From assembly GCA_030390025.1 (NCBI GenBank), contig CM059432.1, positions 135,656,001 to 135,720,000 of the forward strand: DNA of 64,000 bases, read 5' to 3'. Of this stretch, positions 23,993 through 37,319 are shown piece after piece; positions within the stretch are counted from its first letter, which is position 1; every line of letters starts with the position of its first letter. Both the position numbers and the translations under genes were made by a program. Below the pieces are notes generated by a model. The model saw only the letters and a program-made list of their open reading frames with translations. It searched no databases and was not told the DNA's origin. This DNA is from Squalus acanthias. Lineage: Eukaryota.

Positions 23993-24900
23993 TAACACTT
24001 GCATTCATATAGCACCATTAAAATAGCAAAACGTCTCAAGGCGCTTCGTAATGGAGGGTCACATCCCAGCAGGAATTAGAGGGGGTTCAGGGAGGTGGCC
24101 AAAGGTGTTGTTGAAGAAGTAGGTTTTAAACAAGATTTTGAAAGTGGGCAGAGATGCATCAAGATGAAAGGGTTTAAAGAGTTCCACCACGTGAGAGCAA
24201 GATGGCTGAAGGCTCTTCTAATGAGTGTAGAACCAAGGGAGGGAGAACACATACTAGACCAGTGTTGAAAGAGTAAGGGCACAAGCAAGTGTATGGAGCT
24301 CGAACCAGTTACAAAGGTGGGGATTTGAAGATGAGGATAAGGGTGTTGAAGTCAATGCACTAGATGATGGGGAGCCATTGGAGGTTGACTACAATCTATG
24401 TGATAAGTGAGTGGGACTTTGTGTGGAATAGAATGAACGTGACAGAGTTCTGAATAAGTTGGATTTTGAGTAGGGTAAAGCTTGGGAGGCCAGTAGAAAA
24501 GTTGGGGTTGAAGGTGATAACGATGTGGATGAGAGTTTCAGCAGCAGTGGAGAGGATGAGATGGGGCAGAGGTGGAAGTAAGCAGTCTTGCTGCTGGACG
24601 GGATGTGGGGTTTGAAGCTCAGTTTAGGATTGAGCAGGACACGAAGGTTATTCACCACTGGACTGTGTTTGAGCAACCATCCAGGGTGGGGGATGGGATT
24701 TGGGGGCTAGGACACAGAGAGACCAAAATAGGATGGTTTTAATCTTGTCACTGTGGAACTGCAAAAAAAAAATTTTGGCTTATCCACAACTTGATGTTGG
24801 ACAAGGAGTTTGACAACACAGCAACAGTTGTCAAATCAAGAGTGTTAGTGGAGAGCGAAGGCTGGGTACCGTTGGGGTACATGTGAAAGCTATGGGGCAA
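23993..24900 (-). mobile_element. L2 LINE 3' portion, degraded
   Basis: ORF 24389-24676 VVNNLRVLLNPKLSFKPHI..SKTAYFHL; RAFSHLALTWWNSL; tail GCTATATGAATGCAAGTGTTATTGTTG. Confidence 0.85.
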
Positions 24901-27900
24901 GTGTCAGGTAGAAAATTGAATAAAGGGGAAGAATTAAAAAATCTTAATATTTAATATTTATCTAAAAATATTGAAATAAATCATTGGATAGATTAAAGAA
25001 AAGAAAATGGAATTCAACAGAAATAGGCCCTGCCAAACCAAAAACATCCAAATTCTTCAAATTTACAAAACCTGTAGGACATTACTATTTTAGGATTGTT
25101 ATTCCAAATATTTACATTAATGGAAATACTTCTCAAGCAGACACGAACAGAAAAACCAAAGCTGTACTATTCATATCCACCTTTTTGGAAACCATTAAGA
25201 TCTCAATGTGGCAACTGTGAATAAAGCCCATTTCACAAAGCCTGCTGATGTATTCTTTTTTAGCTTAAATATGCAAAATGACTGGGATCACCATTATTTA
25301 CATGCTGAACCAACTGAATGAACAGAAACAGCTCTGCTACCGTTCTTACAGGGGGGAGCGGTGGGGAGGAAGAGTGTCAACGGATGCAAACCAAGCAAAA
25401 TTGAGCACTGCCCTCTTGAAATGATATTGGTGGTACAACTATGGTGCATCAAGACAACATAACCAATACAGCAATTCAAGGAGTTCTCTCATTCTTCCTC
25501 GCTGCAACAAAGATTCAGGAACATGCTTAACTACAATGGGGGCAGGGGGTACATTTTAAAAGGTCAGAAAAAACTCGGAGAGTAAGGGAGAATTTAAAAG
25601 AAAGGCCACGTCACATATCGCTACTACATAAATACAATTTATATGCTGTAAAATGACTTTTGTATTTCAATGAGACCCAATTTCAAGTATCCATTACAGT
25701 GCTGCTGATGCATGAACAGTTTGGCATATACAGTATCTGGCACTCTCACGCTGAGTGAAGGGCTAATGGCATGTTAGCAACCCTTGCTGCAAAACATCCC
25801 TTTAAAAAAAAATCTCAGTCTATGGATCAAAATAATTTATATTATGACTGATGGGGGAAAGAAACCTTCAGGACAAACAGATTGTTTTGTTTTAATCTAT
25901 TGCTCCTGCATTACTGCCTCAAGTCACAAAAGCTAAATAGCAAGAATCCCAAAACCACTGACTGGTGTAATGGTGAACAACTTTACAAATAAGGAGCGTT
26001 TTTAAAAAACAGACCTCTGGAATCTGAATATCTGTTGCTGATGCCTGCATCAACGATTCAACTAGTTACAGACTTGAGTTCCCAACTATATCTCTCTTTA
26101 CATGATAAGAACTGGCTCTGTTTTTGTACTGAATTTGCAGTTATTCTGTATTAAAATGCATCATGTTAATTTTGCACATTTAAAATTTTTTTTTACCCTT
26201 CTCTTATGGTACTGCAAAAGATAAAAATGAGTCTATCTCACAGTGATGATTTTATAGCAGCAGTGAACTAGAGTGATTCAAATCAAGACCATGTAAACAG
26301 CCCGATTCAAATCCCTCGCTGGCTTCTGCCCCCTTGTACAACACAAGAGTGTGCATTGACATGAATGTGATACAGTCTGGAGTACCTCCTGCCATGGTGC
26401 CATGTAAGTAGAGTACCAGGATTGAATTTAGCTCTGATCAATAATCCATATAGATCTCAATCAGCAATGTAAATGGGCTATATGATTTTTTTTTAAATAA
26501 CCTGCTCATTTTGTAGAATATTGAAAAATATCGTGGTACATATGCAGAACATCAAAGATTATATATTGTGATCCATTCCAAAGCAAGTACAATAAAATGA
26601 TAACAACTACTGATAAAAAAAAAATTAACTTACAATTTAAAACAGAATTTGAGATTATTTCCGTGATATTACTTTTCTCAACATTTACATATAAGAAAGA
26701 GAGAGATTTTTTAAATATGTCTTGAGTTTCTCATTCCCCAATACTTTGCAGCATCCTGCATGGGTGGTATCAGGTGTTTTTTTAAATTCTGGTTTTGGTT
26801 TGTTTCCCTTAAAAAGAAATTCCTCTGCAATGCATTGTTTTTCTGCAGCAGAAAGCAATTAATTTTGGCAGTGTTGTATTTTTCTTTTCAAAATGTTAAA
26901 TGACTTTATTTTGGCATAAATCCTCAATGTTCTCATGCTAATTTTTCCACATAAACTGTACATCCTTACAAAAGAGGAAAAGGCTAAGGGGAATATTTAG
27001 CATTGGCAGTTCTAATTTGGGTAAAGACCAGTGGAGTTCCAACGCTGCTGGCAACTGGCTAGTAAAAAAACAAATATTAAACGTGAAGTCTTGCTGAAAT
27101 GTAACAGATCTAAAATACGTAGTCAGGTCTGCATTTCAAAAGCAACATAGCTAATCGGTAGTAGATGGGAAAATTACACGTCTCATTGTGAATTCTACAG
27201 TAAAATACAAACAGACAGCAGAGTGAGTTAAAAGGCTGTAGCAATAAAAAAAATTATCTCATACTCTTGGAGGGTATTAATGATTTTTGAATGTTGCGAG
27301 TAGCCAGCAAATGGTTCAAATCGCTGCTGAATCTGTGATCAAATAATGACTCTGCCTGTACTGTATGAGAAAATTGAGAGGTTAGCAAGTCTGTTGAAGG
27401 GCTTGATTTGCAACCTCTTCAAATCGATCTGCATATCCTGAATTTCCTGGTATAGCAAAGGCAGTTATCCATCATTAGTTATATTAACTGATACAATATT
27501 ATGATGGCACTTTTGAAATACTTGATCTCCACATTGACAGTGCCTTTTGTGAAACTCCCTCCTACACTTTAGAACCCCTCTGTGCTAGCTGAGCGGTTCT
27601 GGCTATTCCTCACAACACAGAGGAAAGTATCTGAGCATGGTTATAAAAATGTTATATATCAAAATGAACATTTTTCTAGCCGGCAACACACGTTCCAGAA
27701 ACCTCTCGTTGAAAGTATCTTCTGAGGACTGATCTGATGCTTCTGACTGGTCAGGAGTACCCGACTCTTTACAAAACCCTTTAATAAATCATAATTGTTT
27801 CATTCTGCTGTTATATCACATCAATTATACCCTTTTGATAATATTTAATCAGCGCTGCTTTTAGCCACTGCTGTATGAAGTAAACCGCTGAGGGTCCTGT

Positions 27901-30900
27901 AAATGAAAACTTGACATAACAAACATGCAGGATGCTCCAAACTATTGGTGAATCAAAAACTAAAGTCATATTTTAAAAATCTCTCTCTATTTCATATCTA
28001 AATGTTGAGAAAAGTAATATCACGGAGGGAATTAAGGGCTGTAATTCAATCTCTGTATTCTGCAGACATTCATTAACCACCCGAACTTCTCTTGTGTGAT
28101 TTATGTCTTCAGAACCCCCAAGTTAAATTATAGCCATTAGCTTCCTGTCTGGCATTTATTATTCTCCATTTTAAACGCTATCCAAAAAATATAGGGATTC
28201 CCCCCCGCTCAAAAAATTACTTTTTCTACAATGATCTTAAGTTCGCATATTTTAACACGAAGTATCAGGAATAAACACATTTTCCTTTGTCAGCGTTACC
28301 ATTTTCTATTTTGCAAAAATATGCAAACAAGAAATATCAGCCATCGGTTTCTAAAGAAAACAATACATAACACAAATATTCGGTTTTGACACAAACTTAT
28401 ATATATTCGCATATAGGTTTGATTCTGATTTACATAACATACATCACAAAATACATGCATGGCAATTAAATTAACTAACTTATCAATCTGAAAAATTAGT
28501 TAAAATAAGGGTTATTACATCACAAACTCTGGTGGTCTTTGTACTTAAAAGTTCACGTCAACACAAATCCTCCAAAACGTATTTTATTGTGCAGTATAAC
28601 AACTGATACAGTTAAAATGATTTTAATGGCATTTTAAAAAAAAATCTTTATGGTTTGCCTTACACTGGCTACACTGTTGTACATTTCTCGTTCTTCCACC
28701 TATGACTGCTTCTGCCAAAATCTCTTGGCCGCAAAATAAAAATTAGTTTGTTCTGTCTTATTTACAAACAGTCATTAAATAAGTAAAATGCCAAAACTTC
28801 GGGCATTCCAGTGCACAATCTCATCTGCAAGGCACTTGCTTGCAATTCCTAGCCATGCCGTTAATATTTAAGGTACGGATGAACCCTATTATGTGTAATA
28901 GATCAGTGTGGGCAAGAAAGTTGCTGGTTCCCAAACACTTAATGTATCCAAACTGCTGTTCCAATACTGAATGATTCTGTTGGGAACAAACTAAATGATT
29001 TGCTTATTTCAGAACATTACCTGCAATTTGCTTAGATCAGGTTTGCATTTAAATGAATTTAAGTAAATACTGTGAGCATATGACACAGTATGTCAGGCAA
29101 ATTAAATAACATTTAAAGGCTACTTCAGATGCTTACTAATCATAGAGCACCAAAGAAGGTAGACCCCATATTAACAGGCCTATAAGATTATTTTTAAATT
29201 GCATAATTCAAGCTTTTTTTTAAAAATATAAAAACCACACTGAACTTTTTCCAGAAGACTGGAGCCAGTTGTAAATAACTGCTCAGCTTAAAGAGGGGAA
29301 GAAAGGAACTAATGTCTGTGTTACTTGGAGCCGAAGTGCATCAGAATGTTTCCTTGTGGTACAGTTTCACTGAAAATTTGTGATGAAGCAATCTCTGCCT
29401 GTTGAATAAATTAATTGTTTTTTAACTCTTTATGGTGCCATGAATGCTGTGAAAAAAGGATGAATCACCACAGACAGAACTCACGCTGTGAGACAGGAGG
29501 AGATAAATAGGGATTTCCCACAGAGTTTAACAATGTGGGAAAAATTCCAGATTGAATGGCAGATTCTTCCACCGTGGTCTTTGCAGCCCGAAAGGCTGCC
29601 AGCAAGAGGCTGAACAGAGGAGGGCACTCTCGCTATGCTAAACCCTATCACTGACCTGGCACATTCATTATGATCTATTCAGTGGCCCAAGTCTCAGGAT
29701 CTGTAACATAGAACCACCTGTGGTACAGTCTGCAATAGTATTCTATTGGAACAGTTGCATTTTCTAAGTATTACAGCATTGCATTACTCGGACAAAACAA
29801 TTAGCTCTTTGTATACAAAACGCAGATGTGGAAAGGGCTAAAACATTCCTGATATGATGTATTACTCTATGCGTGTTGAAAGAGTAATATGTAGAATACT
29901 GAGATTTTCGTGGTCTTCAAGTTACCTCCCAACAAATTTCCTTCTAGAAATAAAAGTTGCTGTTCTTTCTAAAATTATTGATGTGCGGATGAGGGTAGTA
30001 TATGCGTAACATACTGACTGCATGGTATATGAACTTTTAACAAGTATTATTGACACACCTAGTGGGTGGTCTTAAAGTCTCTACCAAATGGTTGATTAAG
30101 GAACAGAGAACAAATGGGAGATTAAATGAAGAAAACACTGAGCCTGTTCTCACTGTGCCATTGTCCGCCAGTCATTAACAAAATGCTGAATTTAGTGGGA
30201 CAACACTGTAAAATTGAAAGCTGAAGCTGACACACATCAAATTAAAAACTTTCAGCATTCCTCTTCTAAAAGTGGTTCGGCAGTAATATGCTAACAAATG
30301 GTTCTGCCGCTGCACACAGAAATCGCTAGCTGGTTGGTTTGGAATTGAATGGAACTGACAAGAATCAGATCATTACAAAGACATTCTTCAGCTTTCGACC
30401 ATATACCCTGGATAGCTACTTTCCCCACCCCCCCCCCCAACAATAAAATGATCCTCAGTAGCCAACTGCCACATGAAGATTTGAATACTGCACAGCATAT
30501 GCACATTTTAATAAATTGTATTAAAGAGGAATAATTAAACGTAACATCCTAATATAAAAAGCTGGTAAAGTTAAAATTGCATCTGTACCTGCCTGTTTTG
30601 AGATGGTTTCTGTACTGTTCTCCTCTAAAAGGCGGCAAATTCAATGCAAATCAGCAGCGTGACAGTGTTCATGCTGTTTTGAAGGTTTCACCTCAGTGAC
30701 GTCATGGACAGGGAACTGACACATCTGAGACAGCTACATATTCAACTTATCCAATACTCTGATGCCATGGTCCCAGTTTTACAGCTTTCACACCCTGCCA
30801 TATTTCTCCCCTCTTTTCTGTCATGTCAAGAAACTCAACATTTGCCAGCAAGCAAGACTTATGAGACACTCCGCATCCATGACGTCACTTCCAGGTCATG

Positions 30901-31387
30901 CAGTTTTGTACTATAGATTACTCCAAATAAACAACAAAAAAAACAGATACATTTGGAGACTCTTGATTCTGAAACGAGGAAAGGGGCCTTGACAGCTACA
31001 CCGACCCACGGAATTAAAGTTTCCCTGAACTGAACACATTTCCACTTTAAGAACATGAACGCCAAACACAAAGCAGAAATAAAAAAGAGTTACGCTACAT
31101 CATTCTTTTTTTCTGATAAATGCTGATGACAATAATTTTGCTTTAGCTTACAACACAACAACATTCTGCACTTGGAGGGTTAAGAAACTAGCCTAGCAAA
31201 AGCGTTTTCCCTACTTAAGGACTGTAAACACTTCTCTTCATCTAGATGGGCATGTGATAAGCTGTGGCATGTAACAAACTCACTGGGATCTCTGTTTAAC
31301 ACTCAAATTCAGTGTTAACACTTAACAGAACAGTGGTAAGCCGTGCCGCCAAGGTCAACGGCACAGATGTACTAATTGTATTATGAG

Positions 31388-31406
31388 CTTGACATCTAGT
31401 GGCCAC
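31388..31406 (-). promoter_or_regulatory. Candidate CTCF site
   Basis: Minus strand GTGGCCACTAGATGTCAAG resembles the CTCF core TGGCCACYAGRKGGCR; lies in repeat-free DNA. Confidence 0.45.
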
Positions 31407-34400
31407 CTCTGGCAGGGCAAAGCAGGCAAAGGTTAAATCAGCAAGCTCTGTCAAAGCGCTTCTAACTACCCACCCTCAGGGATAACCCATCAGATGCTTG
31501 TTGGCACACCATGCAATCCCACCTTTTCACTGAAGCCAAACAAAGGAAACTAATGTGTTACACTGGACAACAATGCAGTGCTAATAAAGAAGGGAAGCAC
31601 AAAAGGTCAAAACAACTCCAGTTTTTTTAAAGCCATGAATAAAACCAGCAACAAATTCCAACTATAATTATACCAAATCCTTCCCCTCCCAATCTAGAAC
31701 TGCACAGCACAATTTTCTGCAGCAGAAAAGCTCAGCGTTAGTCAAACTGTTCTTTAATATTGAAGATTCAAATATATATAAAACTGAACAAATATTCCCA
31801 CAACAAATTACATCACTTTTATTTTGAAAAGTAAATATTACTTGCTTTTCACAACTGAGCCCCGCCTTCGTGAATATTTTGACAATGCTGTCATCCACAT
31901 AAAATGTTCACTTCACAAGTAGTTGGATGTTACCACATTATCAAAGTCTGGTTAACTTATATTGTGATCAAACCGCGCGCTATGCTGACCAAGGTCTGAG
32001 CAGGGGTAATACTTAGCACAAATGCTACGGTAACAGCAACCAAAAAAATTAATAAAAATAAATACTCAGAACAGCCTCAGAATGAATGAGAAAGTACTAA
32101 GTTATGCTATAGGTGTTTGCATACGCCAGTGTCATACTGTTACAACGAATTGTTACTTAAATCTATTCCATCTATCCAAAAGTGGTAATAAAAAAAACCC
32201 ACAGCAACAAGAAAGGGTTTTTAAAAATAATTTTTGCAAGACATTGGAACTTTTTAATGCACAAAGTGCGAAATAAAAACAAAAATATGCGGCTCCTTTG
32301 AATTATATATATGCCAGCTTAGCAGCTAGAAAACACAAGCTACCTTTTAAGCTATCGGTAGCAAGACCATTTTGTGATCAGTAGCATGAGACAACAACGG
32401 ACATATTTACACTAGCTTTCTCTGTCAAGTTAGGTTCTCTAAAAAAGTGAGCTTTAGTAACTTCTATGGTTGATCTAAAACAATTTTTAGAATGGTGTTA
32501 AATAAATTTAGATTAGCAAAAGAACTTCACAAGCTGTCTTTACCTCAGAGAGAAAATAGTGTAACAACAATATTTCATTTCCTTGGCCTACAAATTCTAA
32601 ATCTTCTTCCCCATAAAATCTACAGAATGTCTGAAAAAGCCACAGATACAAATTTTTTACCCAAGTACAAAATGCTTTTGTGAAATATTTCATTTGGAAT
32701 TTGTAATTAAGAAAGGAGAGAAATCAAACAATCACTACAGCATTTTAACTATCTTATTTTTAGTTGTAGGAAATGATATCACATTACAGGATAACACTGT
32801 AGGCATAGATTAAAAGTGCAATGTACAGAATCAAATACAGTAATTCTGACAAAGCTGACAGTGTCTAATGACAAAGAATATTATATATTTTTAAGAAGGC
32901 TAAAGACCCAAACAGTTAGTACTCACTGCCATATTACCCTTACTGCCCAAAGTGACTGATGTTTGTAATAGTGGAAGTGAAGTGTTTCTTTATCTGAAGC
33001 TGCAATTTAAAAAGGTAAGCCCATCAAAAAAAAATGGTTTTACTTTCTCTGTCCTTTTCTTTTTGGAGTGAGAATGTATTTCTTCAGGCACGAGCAAAAT
33101 GAGTGATCTACAAACATCATTGTTTTACATGGGCAACACGCTGCTCTTGTGCAAATTTACTACAGTGCATTGCATAAAATAAATTGAGGGTCATCCTTTA
33201 CTGAAACAAATTACTATACTAAACATACCACCATCTGTCACAATTTAAAATTAAATTATCTTTTTGTACCATCTTCTGTAATGACAACTTTAAATTCCTG
33301 TTATATTTTCATTAATCAATCGTTAATGTGACATAAAAAAAGAAATGCACAAGGCAGTTCTATCTGTGTGTACAAATTCATTTAGGGTTGTTGCAAACTC
33401 AACTTGCTATCAGTGAACGGTTTTAATTTACCAGAGCAGCAAGTGACAGAAACAGAAATACGGTACTGTCCATTGATGCCTTTTACCAAGCCTATCAGCT
33501 ATTGTACTAAATAGATTACTATCATTACAAATGACAGGTCATAATACTTCCCACAGAGCTATTTTTCTACAGTATTATCATTCAATTCTGCAAATATTAA
33601 CACAAAACTGCACCCTGAGAGGAGTGTTTGTCTTTATTAAAGATAGTTTTTGAAGCATAAATCATTGAGGAAGCTCAGCCGTGCAATGTATCTGGATGGA
33701 AAATGTTAGTGTCTCCATGGCATGAGAAACTCTTATTTACATTAAACTCTGTTCTTATCCCAGTATTCAAGTTCCCCACTGTGTTATCAATCCTTAAACT
33801 AAGAGCTTTTCAGCACACAGCATTTTTAGGAGCTCGAAAGAAAGACGTTTACTGTATTAAATCCTGCAGGATATATAAATAAGTGTATTCAAATTGATCA
33901 CCTTTAATTCTGTAAGATTACACGTATCTACTCGAAAACAACTCTCTGTTGGGACTAAGCAAAGGAAATTCCATTCTAAACTTCACTGTACCATTTCTTT
34001 GTTTCTAGCATCTCTGAAGTGTGTCACAATAAGAATGATTTAGCATTCATTCCGAAGTATTTTAACAGTTCAAACCATGGGAAAATAATTTAATGATCCA
34101 TTACTTCTACCAAAGAAAGGGGAAAAAATAAAACCCGGAGACCCCCTTATCCAATTAAATAATAAAATGTAAACTTGACTGATAACGCTATTCACAGCGG
34201 TGGGGGGAAAAAAAGCTGCCATTCATACCTCTACCTCTGAACTCCAATCAGTTCCTCTGTTGACTTCCAGATTGAAGATGGCAAGATCTGATTAAACCAC
34301 CGCATTATACCACAATCCCAATCTGAATGTGTGAAAACTAAACTAAAACTTCTCCATCAACCAAGTGCCTCGTTTACAACGTCTCCTTAAAAAAAAACTC

Positions 34401-37243
34401 GTGAATAAATGTGGATGGCACACGTTGTGAAACAGTCACTTTTTCCCCCCCCCAATACTGTAGCAATGACACAAGTCAGAATTCCACAACTCAGTAGCTG
34501 GAGCATGTTTTACTTATGTCAATCCTGCATAGAAGTTTGTGGGTAAATATTTAACTACTATTACGAAATCTTTTTTTTTTGCACAAGAATGCAACAAAAA
34601 AAATATGGATTGTTTCAGAAGGCCTCTCTCCTATTTAGTAGTAAGTCTATAAAGCCCTAAAATCGTTACATTGTTGCAGTGGTCGCTTGTGAGAGCCGGT
34701 TTACAGCTATTCACAAATCACAATAATAATGCTAAAAAATCCACACTGGGGTGCAGTGTAGTCCTTTTGATTGTGAGGCTGTCTTTTTTCCCCCCGCAGA
34801 AATAAATCCATTCATCCGGCCATGTAGTCATTGAGGACGATACAAAACAAGCCAAGTGTGAGAAATTCTACGTGATGAAGTAAACAAAAAACATTTCCAT
34901 GACAAAAAGATACTTTGCACTTAATCTACCTTACCATATGCAAGCGTTTCTTTTTTTTAACTTTGTTTTGTTGCCCTGCTCAAATCTGGCCTGGCATAAA
35001 GATGAGAACGGTCCGCCAAAAATATATATATATATATATGTAGCAGCTTTACATTTCTGCTAATATATCTGTAAAGTCACGTGAAGTTTTAACATGAAGG
35101 CAAATGTTTATTGTCGCTTATGTGCGACATTACAGCTGAACTCTTGAATGTGCCTTCGGTGAAGATTTCATAGCCACACACAAATGTGTTTTATAGTGAG
35201 AGAGAGAGAGAGAGAGGGGGAACCAGGAAAATAAACCTGCAAATGAATCCGCTGAACTGTCTGTGAAACACACCACTTTTACCAGACGCTAGATTGTTTT
35301 TGTCTCACTTTCTGTCACATTTCCACCCCCCCCCCCCCCCCGCCAACCCCACCCCCGTGCTTCTGAGGGAAGCCGCAGATACCGAGTTTATAATCTTAGA
35401 ACAACATTACAAAAAATATTATCTAAACAGTGGGAAGCGTTTTGAAGGATGAACTCTTGACCACACTGCGGCTTTCTCCTCCTTCACCTTCCTCACATTT
35501 GACTGCAAACACGTTTTGGACAGTTTTAATTTTGCATCTTTGCAAGGAGGATGATTTCTCCTTGCATGGTGCTGCTTTTTTTTTTGATGTTTTAAGTAGA
35601 ATGTCGCTTCCAAAAAAACAATGGTCTAACCTGCAGCAGCAAGTCGAAGAAACATGCCAGTCATGAAAACTGGATACAGTTACTTTCGACGTTAAGCTCT
35701 CCACGAAAAATGAACATTGTCTGTAATTAAAACTCTTTTAGAGGGGTGATTTTTCTTGGGTTAAAAAAAAACTTGAATATTCCTTTTTTGGTCTTACACC
35801 ATGGCGGCTCTGAAATTTAGTGCTGACTAGACGTATAGGTGTTATTTTTTTTCAAGATATATATATATAGAGAGAGAGATATTTCGCTTAAACTGGGCAG
35901 ATCTAAAATTCGATGCTTTCAATAAAACAAATTTTGGGGCCAGGAGTGGAGGAATGAAGTGAGAAATCAAAGATGGCTGGCAGGTCAAGCTGGGAGCTCG
36001 GCGTCCGGCTTTTTGATAAATTCAACAACAAACACCACCACACACACACACACACACACACCAGTCACACTGACCCTTCACCCAACTTCTCCCCGCCGCC
36101 ACTGGCCCTCCTTAACCCGGACACCCAAAAGTTCCCTCAAATTCAATAAATACACACGCACACAGTTTTATTTATTTTTTAACAACAAGAAAGCTAAACC
36201 TCTCTCCCCCCTCCCTCACTCCCCACCCCCTCTATAAACTTATGCCAAGCCCAAGCGAACCAGGATGTCCCTTACTGATCACACACACTCTTGATATTTA
36301 TATATATATATATTTTTTTAAAACACACACTCTCTCTTGCCTATCAAACAGTGCGCCACTTCAAAGTTACAAGATCCGGTATTATTATGCGAATTAATAA
36401 CCCAGGGAGAAAAGGATTTACCAACCAGTACGATTGCACTGTGTTCGCTCACATCTGTTACTTAAAACACTCGAACTGGAAGGTTCCTTAGAAACCTGCA
36501 GCTAGGAAGGAGAGAGGGGTGGGGGGTGTTGTTGGTGGTAGTCGAGGCTTGTTATGTTTATGTGTGTGTGTGTGTCTTGTGTGTAGAAGTTTGGTTTCCG
36601 GGGACCGAAACCCCGAGTCCAGCTCCCTTTGCAGCCCCGATTGCAACTCTCACTGTGGGCAGAGAGACACAGAGCTGGAAGCCCCCCCAGCCTTACACAC
36701 ACACACCCTCCCTAAAACAATCAGCACCTCAACTTTTTACAACAAACAAAAAAAATAGAGGAAATAATGTCACAAAAGTGAAAGATAACGCACTAATCCG
36801 ACAATATCACTTTCTAAAACTACCCGAACACTCGCGAAACTACTAGCAGACTGTGCCGCTCACTCGCAAACAGCCTAAAAAGGTGACAAATATTGCAATT
36901 TTTCTCATTATATAGGAAATATTACATTCTTCCTCCGAAGTCCTTATTAAAAGGGGGGAGGGGATGGAAGAGGGGGTTATCTGTGCAAACATTTCATAGA
37001 GTTGCAAGTTACCACTAAAATATGATGCAAGCTTTTTAAAAAAAAAATTTTTAGATACATTTTTTTAAATCCCCCCCTCCCCTCAACATCACCATCACCT
37101 CACACACGTTTTACCCTCCTGTCTTATCCTCTTCGGGGAAAATAATAAGCCAAGAGAATTTTTAAATAAAAATAAATGGAATGGGGAGGGGGGAATCACA
37201 GTAACAGTAAATAATAAATAGAAAATTGGAAAAGCACACTTAC

Positions 37244-37319
37244 AATTTTGCGAAACTATTGCCACTGCTTCCTCGTCCGACTTGAGATGCTGGGGCTTAG
37301 CTTGCTTGCGGCGCGACAT
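37244..37319 (-). CDS. sall3: First coding exon of a spalt-like (SALL3-type) C2H2 zinc-finger transcription factor; encodes the N-terminal NuRD-binding motif
   Basis: Translates to MSRRKQAKPQHLKSDEEAVAIVSQN+1 nt. The first 17 aa match the SALL3 N-terminus as I recall it (SALL1 has ...QHFQSD, SALL4 ...QHINSE). Kozak-like context CCACCACCACC-ATG. Canonical donor GTAAGT at 37243-37238, phase 1. The ORF-track continuation beyond QN is intron read-through. Confidence 0.88.

Larger units (their letters stand above)
1..37243 (-). other. Intron 1 of the SALL gene (3' end outside the window)
   Basis: GTAAGT donor at 37243. No zinc-finger ORF or other SALL coding sequence appears in the six-frame track between 1 and 37243. 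Confidence 0.6.

Noticed and set aside
29640-29715. Minus-strand acceptor-like TTCTATGTTACAG as a possible exon 2 start
   Set aside because: The phase-1 reading hits a stop after about 8 codons and shows no SALL similarity.
31668-31898. ORF with ...CCRKLCCAVLDW, faintly like the SALL exon 2 start (CEKCCAEFF.W)
   Set aside because: Cys spacing is wrong, a stop follows within a few codons, and no long zinc-finger ORF follows.
34930-34940. Minus-strand ATG|GTAAGG as another alternative first exon
   Set aside because: Weak Kozak context and phase 0; such 9-mers occur by chance and nothing else supports it.
37095-37243. C-terminal part of the 74-aa ORF (CKCAFPIFYLLF...)
   Set aside because: Lies past the GTAAGT donor; it is intron read-through with no SALL similarity.
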